Assembly: GCA_002104905.1 (NCBI GenBank)
Contig: MCFE01000020.1
Location: forward strand, 124,001-188,000
Length of the DNA: 64,000 nucleotides
Source of the DNA: Basidiobolus meristosporus CBS 931.73
Taxonomy: Eukaryota; Fungi; Basidiobolomycota
Direction: 5' to 3'
Shown here piece after piece: positions 12,947 through 24,231 of the stretch; positions within the stretch are counted from its first letter, which is position 1; each line of letters starts with the position of its first letter. The notes below the pieces were generated by a model, which was not told the DNA's origin, made no database searches, and saw nothing but the letters and a program-made list of their open reading frames with translations. The translations under genes were made by a program, and so were the position numbers.

Positions 12947-14016
12947 TGTAGTGGGGTCTCAGTGACACCCACTGACAGATGTGCTCATTTCCATATATTT
13001 ACTTCCCTATTTCTCTATTACACTGATTTTGGTTTTATTCCATTAGTCTAACTAGATCAGTACAATCCCATAAGCTAGCTGACTATCACACCTGCTTACA
13101 TTATTGCATAAGTTATCCCTCACTCTATGTAAGATCACTAGCTGTAAGTGCTTTTATATTAGGCAAGTACCTGCACCAGTACCTGTGACACAAGGTCAAC
13201 CCATGTGGCCATTCCTACCATTTCTATACCATATATGGTATCCCTATGTTACACGGGTTTCAGACTACAGATTCCTGGTTGGTTGGATGTGCTGTGCCTC
13301 TTAGAACCTTCTGGCACCTACCTAGAATACTCTTAGCTCTTTCTGATATCATTAAGATTTCTATTAATCTCTGGAACCTTCTTGAATGCCATGATTAGTA
13401 GTCACTTAGCCAGTGAGAAATGCATATAAGAGAGGCAATCCGTCAACAATAAATCATCATCCCTTTTATCAATATACCAACTTGTTGATTAGTGTGATCA
13501 CTGCTACCTGCTGCTACCTGAACTTCCAATCCCAGACCACAGGATGTTACCAGGAAACTGCACTGGCAGCCAACTGACCTTGGAGGCACTACTTGTGAGG
13601 AATACTCAGAATAGGTATCTTTTATTATATTTAATTTTTTCCCAAGCTTGTTCTTATACAGGCAAAGATGCTTTTCTGTTGTTGTAACTATTGACCACAG
13701 CTGCATTCTTATCAAGTCCCTGCTGGTGGAGTTTACAGTTGTTTTGACTTTGGAAGCTTTAGTACATTGACATCTCAAAGGTTGCTGAACCCAGCACATA
13801 CTTTTGTTAAGACACCAACTAAGTTAGAGATTGTAGCTCAATAGTTTTCCTTTGACAAGCATGTGGCTTTATTCCCCATCACATTAGATTAGAGACAGAA
13901 CCCAAGTATTCCTAGCAAGCTTTTGGCAGAGGTTATTGCACCCAGTGAGCACCCTACACACAAAACACTTGAGAAGTGTTGGACATATCTCTCCCTTGGA
14001 CCTATACACCACCACA
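12947..14016 (+). repeat. Gypsy-2 solo LTR (1070 bp)
   Basis: Same termini; flanks ACAG/ATAG; host ttctcacag|gctccaa rejoined. Confidence 0.9.
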
Positions 14017-15299
14017 ATAGGCTCCAACCAGTATTCATATGTATATGCAACAGTATGAATACAATGACTGAATGAACTGGATATGTACTTATTCAAGTGG
14101 AGTTCTGCAGCCATTCCTACCAGAAGTACACTGGAAGTATGGGGAGTCATATGTGGACATTAAAGTAATATTTATCCAGAAGCAGATCACCAATGCCAAC
14201 TTGACACATCTACAGCTGTTGTGCAAGGTGTTTGTGATGGGATCTGAGCAGCTATACTACAAACATAAAGCTGAATGTGTATATCTCTGCCACTACTGTA
14301 TCCATTCTCTACTCCATCTTGCAAGGTGTGTGGAGAATATTGGGCCTTGCTTCACCTTTTGGGAGTTTCCTACAGAACAGATGTGTGGGGAGATAGCAAG
14401 ACAAGTCAAGTTGCAGGTACTACCATACCCCAATCTCATTAAGAATATTACCTTGAAGTCTGTCATAGTTGTGATGAGTAAGCACATGGAGGACAGCCAG
14501 GAAGAGTTGGAAAATACTGAGGACAAATGTGCACATGGAGACACCTATGCCTATGGCATTATGAAGCTAAGCAGCCCCAATGCATGTGTAATCAGTTAAG
14601 TAATGCAAAGTTGGGTTGGGTGCAACAAGCAACTAATTCTTACTAAGAAAACTCTACCAAGATAGGCCAGATTTCTCTTGGTCATAAGCCAACTTCTACA
14701 CCATTCAATACAGAATTTATACAAACAAGTGCCAAAGCACACCTATAAGGGGGACTAGAATCCAGCGGGGAGAAGGAATATATTGGCTAAATACCAAGAA
14801 GTTCTTTGCAGTTATTCAGGAGGCATTCATGGCAGAAGTGGTTACAACCAAGCATATGTTTGCAAGATGTATATGTTGTCAGCAGTACAAGGTATATGGC
14901 AACTTTGCAAGTATCACACTAAAAAGCTGTAAAGTTGAGGTGATAGAAGCATGTCAATTGTGGCAGGTGTGCACATTTGTAGAGGTTAGTAAGCAGGAGG
15001 CCATAGTTTTTATTGACTTACCATATGTGGAATACCCAAGGTAGTAGTGGATGAGCAAATAAAGAGGGGTGATTCAACAATGAAATATATGAATTGAACA
15101 AGGGGAGGTAGAAAAAGGAAATACCATTTGGCAAGTTGGTACAGTAGCATTATACAAAACTGACTGTAGGCTGCCATACTGCCATTGTAATGCCATCAGA
15201 GTCTTGCTGTGAAGCTGTTGAAATACTGTCAAGTTTCTTGCCATATTAGGCAATTGGATGTCCTGGCTGGTTGTATCCATTGAAATAGTTGTAGAGCGT

Positions 15300-16100
15300 T
15301 GTGGTAGGGTAAACATACCTCCCACAGACAAGTTTATTCATATAGTTATTATGATGTACTAATCCATGTTTTATCTTATCAGTATTATCCCAATCTACTT
15401 TTGCCCATATTATCAGTATTATCCCCATATGATGTTTACCTTGATTAGTTATTAGCACTAGTTTTCCCAGATTTTATTCAGCTTTGTAATCAGTATATGT
15501 ATCTACATAAGGCAAGTACCTGTGTCAGTACCTGTGACACATGACCTAGGTAGGTGTTACCATCCCTACCATTTCTATACCATATATGGTATTTTTATGT
15601 TGCACAGGTTTCAGACTACTGATCCTTGATTGGTTGGATGTGCTGTGCCTTTGATAACCTTCCAGGACATTCTTGGCATATTTTTAGCTCATGGTGATAT
15701 CATCAAGAATTCCACTGATGCCTAGAATATTCTAGAACCTTGTCATTAGTAATCACTTGGCAATCAGGAGAAGTATTCAAGGGAAAGCAATCCCTTATCA
15801 ATAAATCATACCTTATATCAGTAACAATTCTTCCTTATTGATTAGCAGTTGATCACTGCACCTGCCTTCAGCAGTATACCTCAAACCTGCAATCAAGGAG
15901 CTTTTCAGGGTAGTGCACAAGACACACAGAGGTCTTTGGAGACACTTAGAGCACCTAGGAAGCTAGAGAAGCAGGAGCTTTTACCATAGTGACATATTGA
16001 CAAAGACACCAGCAATTTAGACCCAAAGGTTATTGAACCATCAGACACCACACACCTTGAGTTGTGTGGCTTCTCCCAGGAGTACCTCTACACTGCAACA
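15300..16100 (+). repeat. Solo LTR of a Gypsy-2-related family (801 bp)
   Basis: TGTGGTAGG...TGCAACA; ~15520-15850 resembles the Gypsy-2 LTR; flanks GCGT/GCAC; host 3' region rejoined (compare 52250-52310). Confidence 0.7.
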
Positions 16101-18384
16101 GCACAATAAGACTGCTACAATACCAGGCAATTATTGTCACAGCACCAATTAAATCTTGGCAAGTTTTATCACTTTATTTGGCAGTAAAATATGCAAAACA
16201 CTGTTGTGATCCCATCATAAGTTCATTAAGAGGGTTGCTAATTCCAAGCTGCTGGTATTATGATGGCCTCTAAATGGTATCCTGATGGCAGATCTGGATT
16301 GGATCCACCTGCAGGACCAAATTACTTTTCATAGGGTGCACTGACCTTTAATGAAGTACTCTATGTACCAGAAATAGCCAAGAACCTATTATCTGTAAAC
16401 AAGGCCACAGCAGAAGGACTCAGTTTCAACTTTTATAATTCTGGATGCAGGATCACGGATCAAAATGGTGCTCATAGTGCTTTGGGTATCAGAGATCAGA
16501 ATTTCTATAAACTGACTAATATTCCATCATATCTGGAGGCCAATATAAGTAACTTGAGTTAAGAAACACTCATGCTTTGGCACAGTGGATTTGGACACGT
16601 TAATTTTGATTATTTGAGCAAAATGATCAAAGATCAGCTAATTTCAGGAGTAAACTGGTCCCCCAGCTAATTTGGTGCACTGTGAAACCTGCATAGATGG
16701 GAAACAAGCCAGACAACCGTTGAAGAGCTCTGGTTTAATCAAAACTAAGAAAAAATTAGATCTGATTCAGTCAGATCTGTGTGGACTTAGGCAAAATTTA
16801 TCCTTGCGCAGGATGAAGTACTTGATTACTTTTATTAATGATTATACAAGACACATATGAGTCTACTTTGTAGAAAGAAAGGAAGAAGCTCTGTCTAAAC
16901 CTATAGAGTTTAAAGCCATGGTGGAGAGAGAAACTGGTGAAAAAATCAAGAGAACAAATTTGACAATGGTGGAGAATCTACCTCAAAGCTTTTCATCTAC
17001 TTCTGCAAAATGCATGGAATAAAGCAAGAGACTACTGTGCCATACTGCCAACAGCAAAATTGAGTAGCAGAATGTGCAAACAGATCAATAACTGATACAG
17101 CAAGATTTATGATCCATGATCAAATATTATCCAATGATTTTTGAGCAGAATCAGTTGCCACAGCTGCAGACCTTAAAAGTATGAGTTAAAAGGGAATTTT
17201 TTGTGATTCTACTCCATATGAAGCATTATATATATAGGTGCAGAACATCTAAGAATATCTGGGCATACTGCATATGCCAAGAAACTGCCCAGAAATTGGT
17301 CAAAATTTGGGCCAAAAAGTTTGAAATTCATCTTTTTGGGCAACTGCCATGAGAATAAAGCATACAGACTCTACAATGTCAAATCAAAGAAGCTGATTAA
17401 GTCCAGGGATGTGTTGTCTGATCTAGACTTGAAATTTTCACAAAAAATGACATCAGATGATGACAAAATTCTTATCTCAAGTCCACCATTTGTCAGGACT
17501 GAATCAGAGCAAAACAATTAGCTTTTTTCACTCCACAGGACTCTTCAACCATAATCCAGCCTGAATTAGTGCCCAGGAATATCCCAGAAGTGATTGCTCT
17601 AATATCAAGTGCCCAGATATCTAACCAGACAAGAAATAGCCCAAATTACAATATCAATGAAGGTAAAACTTAGCCTCTGCCTATTCATTCCATTGTGATG
17701 AACCCCACACTGTAGAAGAGGCCTTATATAGCCCTCAGAGAAAGCTTTGGAGATCTGCAATGACTCAGGAATATCAGGCCTAATGGAAAATCAAACTTGG
17801 GATTTGGTCAAATTAATCAAAATCAATTGGATGCAGATGGGCTTTTAAGACAAAATACAAGGCCAATGATACAATTGAGAGTTGCAAAGCAAGACTTGTG
17901 GCCAAAGGATGGTCTCAAACAAAAGGACTTGACTATTCTGAGACCTTTACACTGGTAGCCAAGTTTACCTACATCTGACTAATATTGGTTATTACAGCCA
18001 AATATAAGATTTTTATTCATCAATTGGATGTACAACTGCATATTTGAATAGAGTACTTGATGAGAGCATGTACATGAGCCAGCCTAGTGGGTTTGTAAAT
18101 CAGGATAACCCCATTTGATCTGCAAGCTTAAAAAGTCTCTACATGGACTCAGACAATCTCTGAGTGCCAGGAATTTTAATTTAGATCCTTATTTGAAATG
18201 TTTGAGTTTCAAAAGAGGTAATCCTGCCTATGGTAAATACTACAAGCCAGATAGAGCAAATCCAGTCCCATTAGCTCTATATGTGGATGATCTTATTATA
18301 GCCACTTGTGACCTAGAAACATTGGAAGAGACTAAATCCTACCTATCTAAGAAGTTCCAGATGTCCAATCTAGGAGAAGTCAGT

Positions 18385-18607
18385 AGACTTGTTCCATTGT
18401 ACCATGCAAGGGTGTGCGGTGCAATCCGCGGTCCTTAAGAACAGTTGGGCACAATATTGTAGCCACCAGTAGGCAGGATTGCTCTTGGTCAATTTTGCAC
18501 CATGTGGGACAATCTTGCGTAATATGGCACAATCTGACACAATGAGGTTGGCACAAATGATTGCACCCACTTATAATGTTTGCATCACATGCGCAATTGA
18601 ATACCGC
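18385..18607 (-). mobile_element. Right-end fragment of a Harbinger-type element (copy Y)
   Basis: Starts AGACTTGTTCCATTGTACCATG after AGT; reverse complement of 22866-23090; interrupted by a Gypsy-2 LTR at 18608. Confidence 0.85.
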
Positions 18608-18794
18608 TGTTGTGGGGTGACAGTGACACCCACTGACAGATGTGCTTATTAGACTTGTTCCGTTGGATAGTGCCACATAGTGCCAGCCTGTTTATGGTGC
18701 CGGATCAATCTGGCACTCTACGGCACTATCTGGCACTATAATCTCTACCATGATGCCAGTGGTATGATACAGTTACTGGTAATTTTACTCAATC

Positions 18795-19719
18795 TTACTT
18801 ATGTTGCTCAGAATAGTGCTTTCCTTGCTTTATTTGCTCTCCATAATGCTCCAGACACATTTCTCTCAGTGGATGTCTTCTTGTATGAACATACTGTGCA
18901 TTAATAAGTATCTTAACTATTTTACCTATTCTGCTGTTTTCTCCTATATATGACTTTTCTCTGTATTTACCTGCCAATATGCTGAATCTCTTCAGATATC
19001 TAAATGTGTGCTCTACCCTCACTCTGAAATGATTAAATATCTCATTGTAGAGCTTCTGCTTCCTGCTAAGCACACCATTCCTTGGCTTCCTATAAGCCGT
19101 AATACATCCTAATCTCTGACAATCCTGTTCTATATAACCTAAGTCTGCAATACATTTCTCCCCTCTACTGAATTCAGGATGATTCTCTACCCAGAGTGCT
19201 TTGTCATGCCTACTTCCAGCAAATGGCCCACTAAACCAGATGATGTTACCCTCAATGTCAGACAGTGCTTGAAACTTCACACAGTGTGCCTTGTACTTGC
19301 CAGAATAAAAGTGCCTCTGCCCTCTGGAAGGTCTGTTAATCCTCACTGAGAAGGTATCCAAAAATACTCCTGATATGGAACCTGTTGCTGAACACTCTGG
19401 GCTATGGAAGTCTATTGGAGCTTCTGAACCTAGTACTCCAAGCTTGCTCTAAGTCATTCATACCCTCTGCAAGGTGGTTCTCCATTGCTGTCAGCTGGGA
19501 ATGAAAGCTTCTAGGACTTTTGTTGCCATGGATGGTGGGATGAAGCCTTGTAGGGCAATAGTTCTTGTAATAGCAGAGAAGCTTAACAACGCATCTCCTC
19601 AAGTAGATTGGGGTTGATGGTCCAAAGTACTTGGAATAGATCTCCTCTAGTGTGTCAAAAGGAAATCCAGTGGTAGTGATGGGATTGATGAGAAAAGACC
19701 ATTCAGATGAGTAAGGCAT
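18795..19719 (-). pseudogene. DDE_Tnp_4 (Harbinger/IS5-like) transposase, one frameshift near 19400
   Basis: GVFLDT...FYSGKYKAHCVKFQ...SGPFAGSRHD...IADLGY...NHFRVRVEHTFRYLKRFSIL. Confidence 0.9.
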
Positions 19720-19813
19720 ATTAAAATTGGTGGATGATTGTATGGAGGTGGTTTGAATTGATTTGGTGCAATCTGCATTATTTATCTGATTTTTAATACA
19801 TTATTATACAAAG

Positions 19814-20821
19814 ATGGAAGAATTTGAGTAGAAGCTGTGGCATGAGTTCTACATCAAGATGCCAACCAATGTATGTAAAAAGATATATAACAAGACAAGT
19901 ATTGAAATCAAGAATGAGCTGAGAGTGAGGGGATTTAACAAAGAAGCCGTGCGGGAACAATTTTGCGCGCAATTTGCACAGTATGGGCTGGACGCGTCCA
20001 TTTGTGCCTCAACTTTGAGAACCAAAGAGATTTTGAATGAGTTTTTGCCTCAAATGACTAATGTATTACATGATATATTAGTAGAGCTAAGTGGCTTCTG
20101 AGAGCAATATACACAGGACTCATCCAGGCAACAGCTCCAAGGTATCAGACAGAGGGTAAGTGAATACCTTGAGGATTCAGATGGTGAGCTTCAGGAGGAA
20201 GAATACAGACCGCAAGCAACATTGTCCAGATTGCACCAGCATGCCTTGCTGGATTCCCTACCATCTCTTGCAACCACAGCATGCCGGTGCACGTCAGTCC
20301 AGACCATGCCAACACCCTTTACCAGAATGCCCCGCATTGAGTCAACGGGCACTCTTCAGAGCAAAACTACAAGAACTTGCCAAACTGCTCATTTAGACAC
20401 AAGTCCATTGGAGAGGACCAAGTTGCGTCAACATGCAGCATCACATCAAACTCAGCCAAGGGCCATCTCAACATGTCAAGGCATGCCTGCATGTGCTGCT
20501 TTGCCTGACCATGAACAAATTACTTCTGGTGAACTGACTGATGATGACCAACATGAAGTGCCTCAACCACCAGAGCCCTTAGCAAGTAAAAGAACATGTC
20601 AGCACGTGGCACTACAGGCCGGTTCAGCTGGTTCAGTTGGAGTAATTCAGCGTGGCCAAGCTGCAGCATTGCACTCATCAACTAGGAGGCAAAATACTGA
20701 CTACAAATACACAAGTAGCCAAGATGATAGTCATCCAGGAAGTAGTATAGGTGTGCAAAGTGAGTCACTACCAAATGCTTCAGTAGTAATCCCTGTGAGA
20801 AAAAAACCCAGGAGAAGATAA
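19814..20821 (+). pseudogene. Harbinger second ORF (~335 aa), divergent from the transposase
   Basis: ATG at 19814 in frame with track ORFs 19859-20101 and 20222-20821; two in-frame stops (TAG, TGA) explicable as C>T; ends in basic VRKKPRRR. Confidence 0.65.
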
Positions 20822-21564
20822 TGCAATTGCTTTGAATTGCTCACATTTGTAATGATCCCAACAACCCATTTTTTTTGCAATCCAAATCAAGCCATTGCAA
20901 ATCAGTGATCATCAAATTTTTGATATAAGTAATATCAAGGTCATCTTACATTTGAGACAGAACCCCTATAAATAAACACCCTGCATATATATACGTCATC
21001 TGTAATACCAGTGCAGCTATTGGATCTGTTTTGCAACTACACAATTGCTGGCGTGCTAGCTATGACACCTTGTCCAATCACTAGGATTAGGGATTTACTT
21101 TCCCAATGGGCAAAATGGGATATTTGATGGCAAATCAGGTAGCTTTTTCAGTAGTCAATGAGCCAATTGGGGGCTGCCAGCTTCAGGATACTTTTAGACC
21201 AATTAACCACTGAGATACCGTCCAATTGGAGTGAGGGTAACCAAAATGGTAAGTATCAGTGTAGTTTATAGTGTGATACACATTTCTTTCCATTTACATT
21301 AAAGAAACATATCCAAATACCGGATTTTACCTGCCGTAATAGCGGTATCCAATTGCGCACGTGATGCAAACATTACAAGTTGGCGCAATCATCCATGCCA
21401 ACCTCATTGTGTCAGATTGTGCCATAGTATGCAAGATTGTCCCGCATAGTGCAAAATTGTCCAAGAACAATCCTGCCTTCTGCTAGCTATTATAGCGTGC
21501 CCAATTGTTCTTTACAACCACAGATTGTGCCGTGCCCCCTGGCATGGTACAATGGAACAAGACT

Positions 21565-23090
21565 AATGAGTTTTTGCCTCAAGTGACTAATGTACTACGT
21601 GATATATTAGTAGAGCTAAGTGGCTTCTGAGAGCAATATACACAGGACTCATCCAGGCAACAGCTCCAAAGTATCAGACAGAGGGTAAGTGAATACCTTG
21701 AGGAATCAGATGGTGAGCTTCAGGAGGGAGAATACAGACCACAAGCAACATTGTCCAGATTGCACCAGCATGCCTTGCTGGATTCCCTACCATCACTTGC
21801 AACCACAGCACGCCAGCGCATGTCAGTCCAGAGCATGCCAACACCCTTTACCAAAATGCCCGCATCAAGTCAACACGCACGCTTCAGAGCAAAACCACAA
21901 GAACTTGCCAAACTGCTCAATTAGACACAAGTCCATTGGAGCGGACCAAGTTGTGTCAACATGCAGCATCACATCAAACTCAGCCAAGGGCCATCTCAAT
22001 GTGTCAAGGTGTGCCTGCATGTGCTGTTTGCCTGACCATCAGCGAGTTACTTCTGGTGGACTGACTGATGATGACCAACATGAAGTGCCTCAACCACCGG
22101 AGCCCTTAGCAAGTAAAAGAACACGTCAGTGTGTGGCACTACAGGCCGGTTCAACTGGTTCAGTTGGAGTGATTCAGTGTGGCCAAGCTGTAGCATTGCA
22201 CTCATCAACTAGGAGACAAAATACTGACTACAAATACACAAGTAGCCAAGATGATAGTCATCCAGGAAGTAGTATAGGTGTGCAAAGTGATTCACTACCA
22301 AATGCTTCAGTAGTAATCCCTGTGAGAAAAAAACCCAGGAGAAGATGATGCAATTGCTTTGAATTGCTCACATTTGTAATGATCCCAACAACCCATTTTT
22401 TTTGCAATCCAAATCAAGCCATTGCAAATCAGTGATCATCAAATTTTTGATATAAGTAATATCAAGGTCATCTCACATTTGAGACAGAACCCCTATAAAT
22501 AAACACCCTGCATATATATATGTCATCTGTAGTACCAGTGCAGCTATTAGATCTGTTTTGCACCTACACTATTGCTTGCATGCTAGTTATGACACCTTGT
22601 CCAATCACTAGGATCATGGATTTACTTGCTCAATGGGCAAAATAGGATATTTGATGGCAAATCAGGTAGCTTTTTAGTAGTCAATGAGCCAATTGGGGGC
22701 TGCCAGCTTCAGGATACTTTTAGACCAATTAACCACTGAGATACCGTCCAATTGGAGTGAGGGTAACCAAAATGATAAGTATCAGTGTAGTTTATAGTGT
22801 GATACACATTTATTTCCATTTACATTAATGAAAAATATCCAAATATTGGATTTTACCTGCCATAATAGCGGTATCCAATTGCGCACGTGATGCAAACATT
22901 ATGAGTTGGCGCAATCATCTGTGCCAACCTCATTGTGTCAGATTGTGCCATATTGTGCAAGATAGTCCCGCATAGTGCGTAATTGTCCAAGAACAATCCT
23001 GCCTTCTGGTAGCTATAATATTGCGCCCAATTGTTCTTTACAACCGCAGATTGCGCCACGCTCCCTGGCATGGTACGGTGGAACAAGTCT
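21565..23090 (+). repeat. Second unit of a ~1.53-kb tandem duplication (unit 1 = 20036-21564), each ending in the right TIR
   Basis: Collinear throughout; junction reads ...GGAACAAGACT|AATGAGTTTTTGCC. Confidence 0.93.
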
Positions 23091-24121
23091 ATTCCCTTAT
23101 TTTCTACTTCCCAATATCTCTACTACACTTATTTTAGTTTTATCCCATTTGTCTTACCTAATCAGTACTATCCAATAAGCTGGTTGACTATTACACCTGC
23201 TTACCTTGTTGCATAAGTTACCCCTCACTTTGTGTAAGATTACTAGCTATAGTTGCTTCTATAATAGGCAAGTACCTGTGCCAGTACCCGTGACACATGA
23301 TTGACCTGTGTAACCATCCCTACCATCTCCATACCTTATATGGTATCCCTATGTTACACAGGTTCCAGAGTACTGATTCCTGACTGGTTGGATGCGCTGT
23401 GCCTCTTAGAACCTTCTGGCACCTACCTAGAACATTCTTAGGTCATTCTGATGTCATTAAGATTTCTACTGATATCTGAAACCTTCTAGAACACCATGAG
23501 TAGTAATTACTTAGCCAGTAAGAAAAGTATATAAGGAAGGCTATCCCTCAAAAATTAATCATCATCCCTTTTATCAGTATTCCAACTTGTTGATTAGTGA
23601 GATCACTGCTACCTGCTGCCACCTGAACTTCCAACCCCAGACCACAGGACACTCCCAGGAAACCGTGCTGACAGCCAACTGACCTTGGAGGCACTACTTG
23701 TGAGGAATTCACAGAGTAGGTATCTTTTATTATATTTGATTCTTTCCCTAGTTTGTTCTTGTACAGGCAAAGATACTTTTCTGTCTTTATAACTATTGAC
23801 CACAGCTGCATTCTTATCAAGTCCCTGCTGGTGGAGTTTACAGTTGCTTTGACTTTGGAAGCTTTAGTACATTGTCACTTCAAAGGATGCTGAACCCAGC
23901 ACATACTTTTGTTAAGACACCAATTAAGTTGGGGATTGTAGCTCAATAGCTTTCCCTTGACAAGCTTGTGGCTTTGTTCCCCATCACATTAGATTAGAGA
24001 CAGAACCCAAGTATTCCTAGCAAGCTTTTGGAAGAGGTTATTGCACCCAGTAAACACCCCACACACAAAACACTTGAGAAGTGTTGGATGTATCTCTCCC
24101 TTGGACCTATACACCACCAAA
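23091..24121 (+). repeat. Main part of the 5' LTR of Gypsy-2 A
   Basis: Continues the LTR begun at 18608; matches solo LTRs. Confidence 0.9.
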
Positions 24122-24231
24122 TATTTAGCACCCAATGTGAGGGGTTCATACAAGCTCCCTAGAACCCAACAAGAGTTACCTGATGATTTGAACTGTTGTC
24201 CACTTATTGAAAAGAGACTACCAGTATTAAC

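Larger units (their letters stand above)
9572..15044 (+). pseudogene. Transposase family Tnp2 (CACTA-type DDE), split by three insertions
   Basis: N-terminal CGYC...H motif; CVNNCMAF...CPNC; FALALDGF; WPLILINLNLPP...VSGPK; IGDTPAISKIAGISGQNGWCYCCIC; HSLLHL...GP...FWEFPTEQMCG. Confidence 0.9.
6960..16336 (+). mobile_element. CACTA/CMC-like DNA transposon with CCCTA termini, copy 1 (~5.7 kb after removing nested inserts)
   Basis: TIRs CCCTATGAAAA (6960) / TTTTCATAGGG (16336), 3-bp TSD TAC/TGC; the copia host sequence ccatac|actgacc is rejoined across it; contains a Tnp2 transposase. Confidence 0.88.
5225..18384 (+). mobile_element. Copia-1 copy B, 3'-truncated, carrying nested insertions
   Basis: LTR 5225-5574, PBS 5575-5586, coding pieces 5579-6301, 6652-6959 and 16340-18384 that join into collinear gag-PR-INT-RT once nested elements are removed; broken in RT (SNLGEVS) by a Harbinger end at 18385. 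Confidence 0.9.
18651..23090. mobile_element. PIF/Harbinger (PHIS)-type DNA transposon, copy X, with duplicated right half
   Basis: Termini AGACTTGTTCC / GGAACAAGTCT, TSD ATT (18648-18650, 23091-23093) inside the Gypsy-2 LTR; transposase plus a second ORF. Confidence 0.9.
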
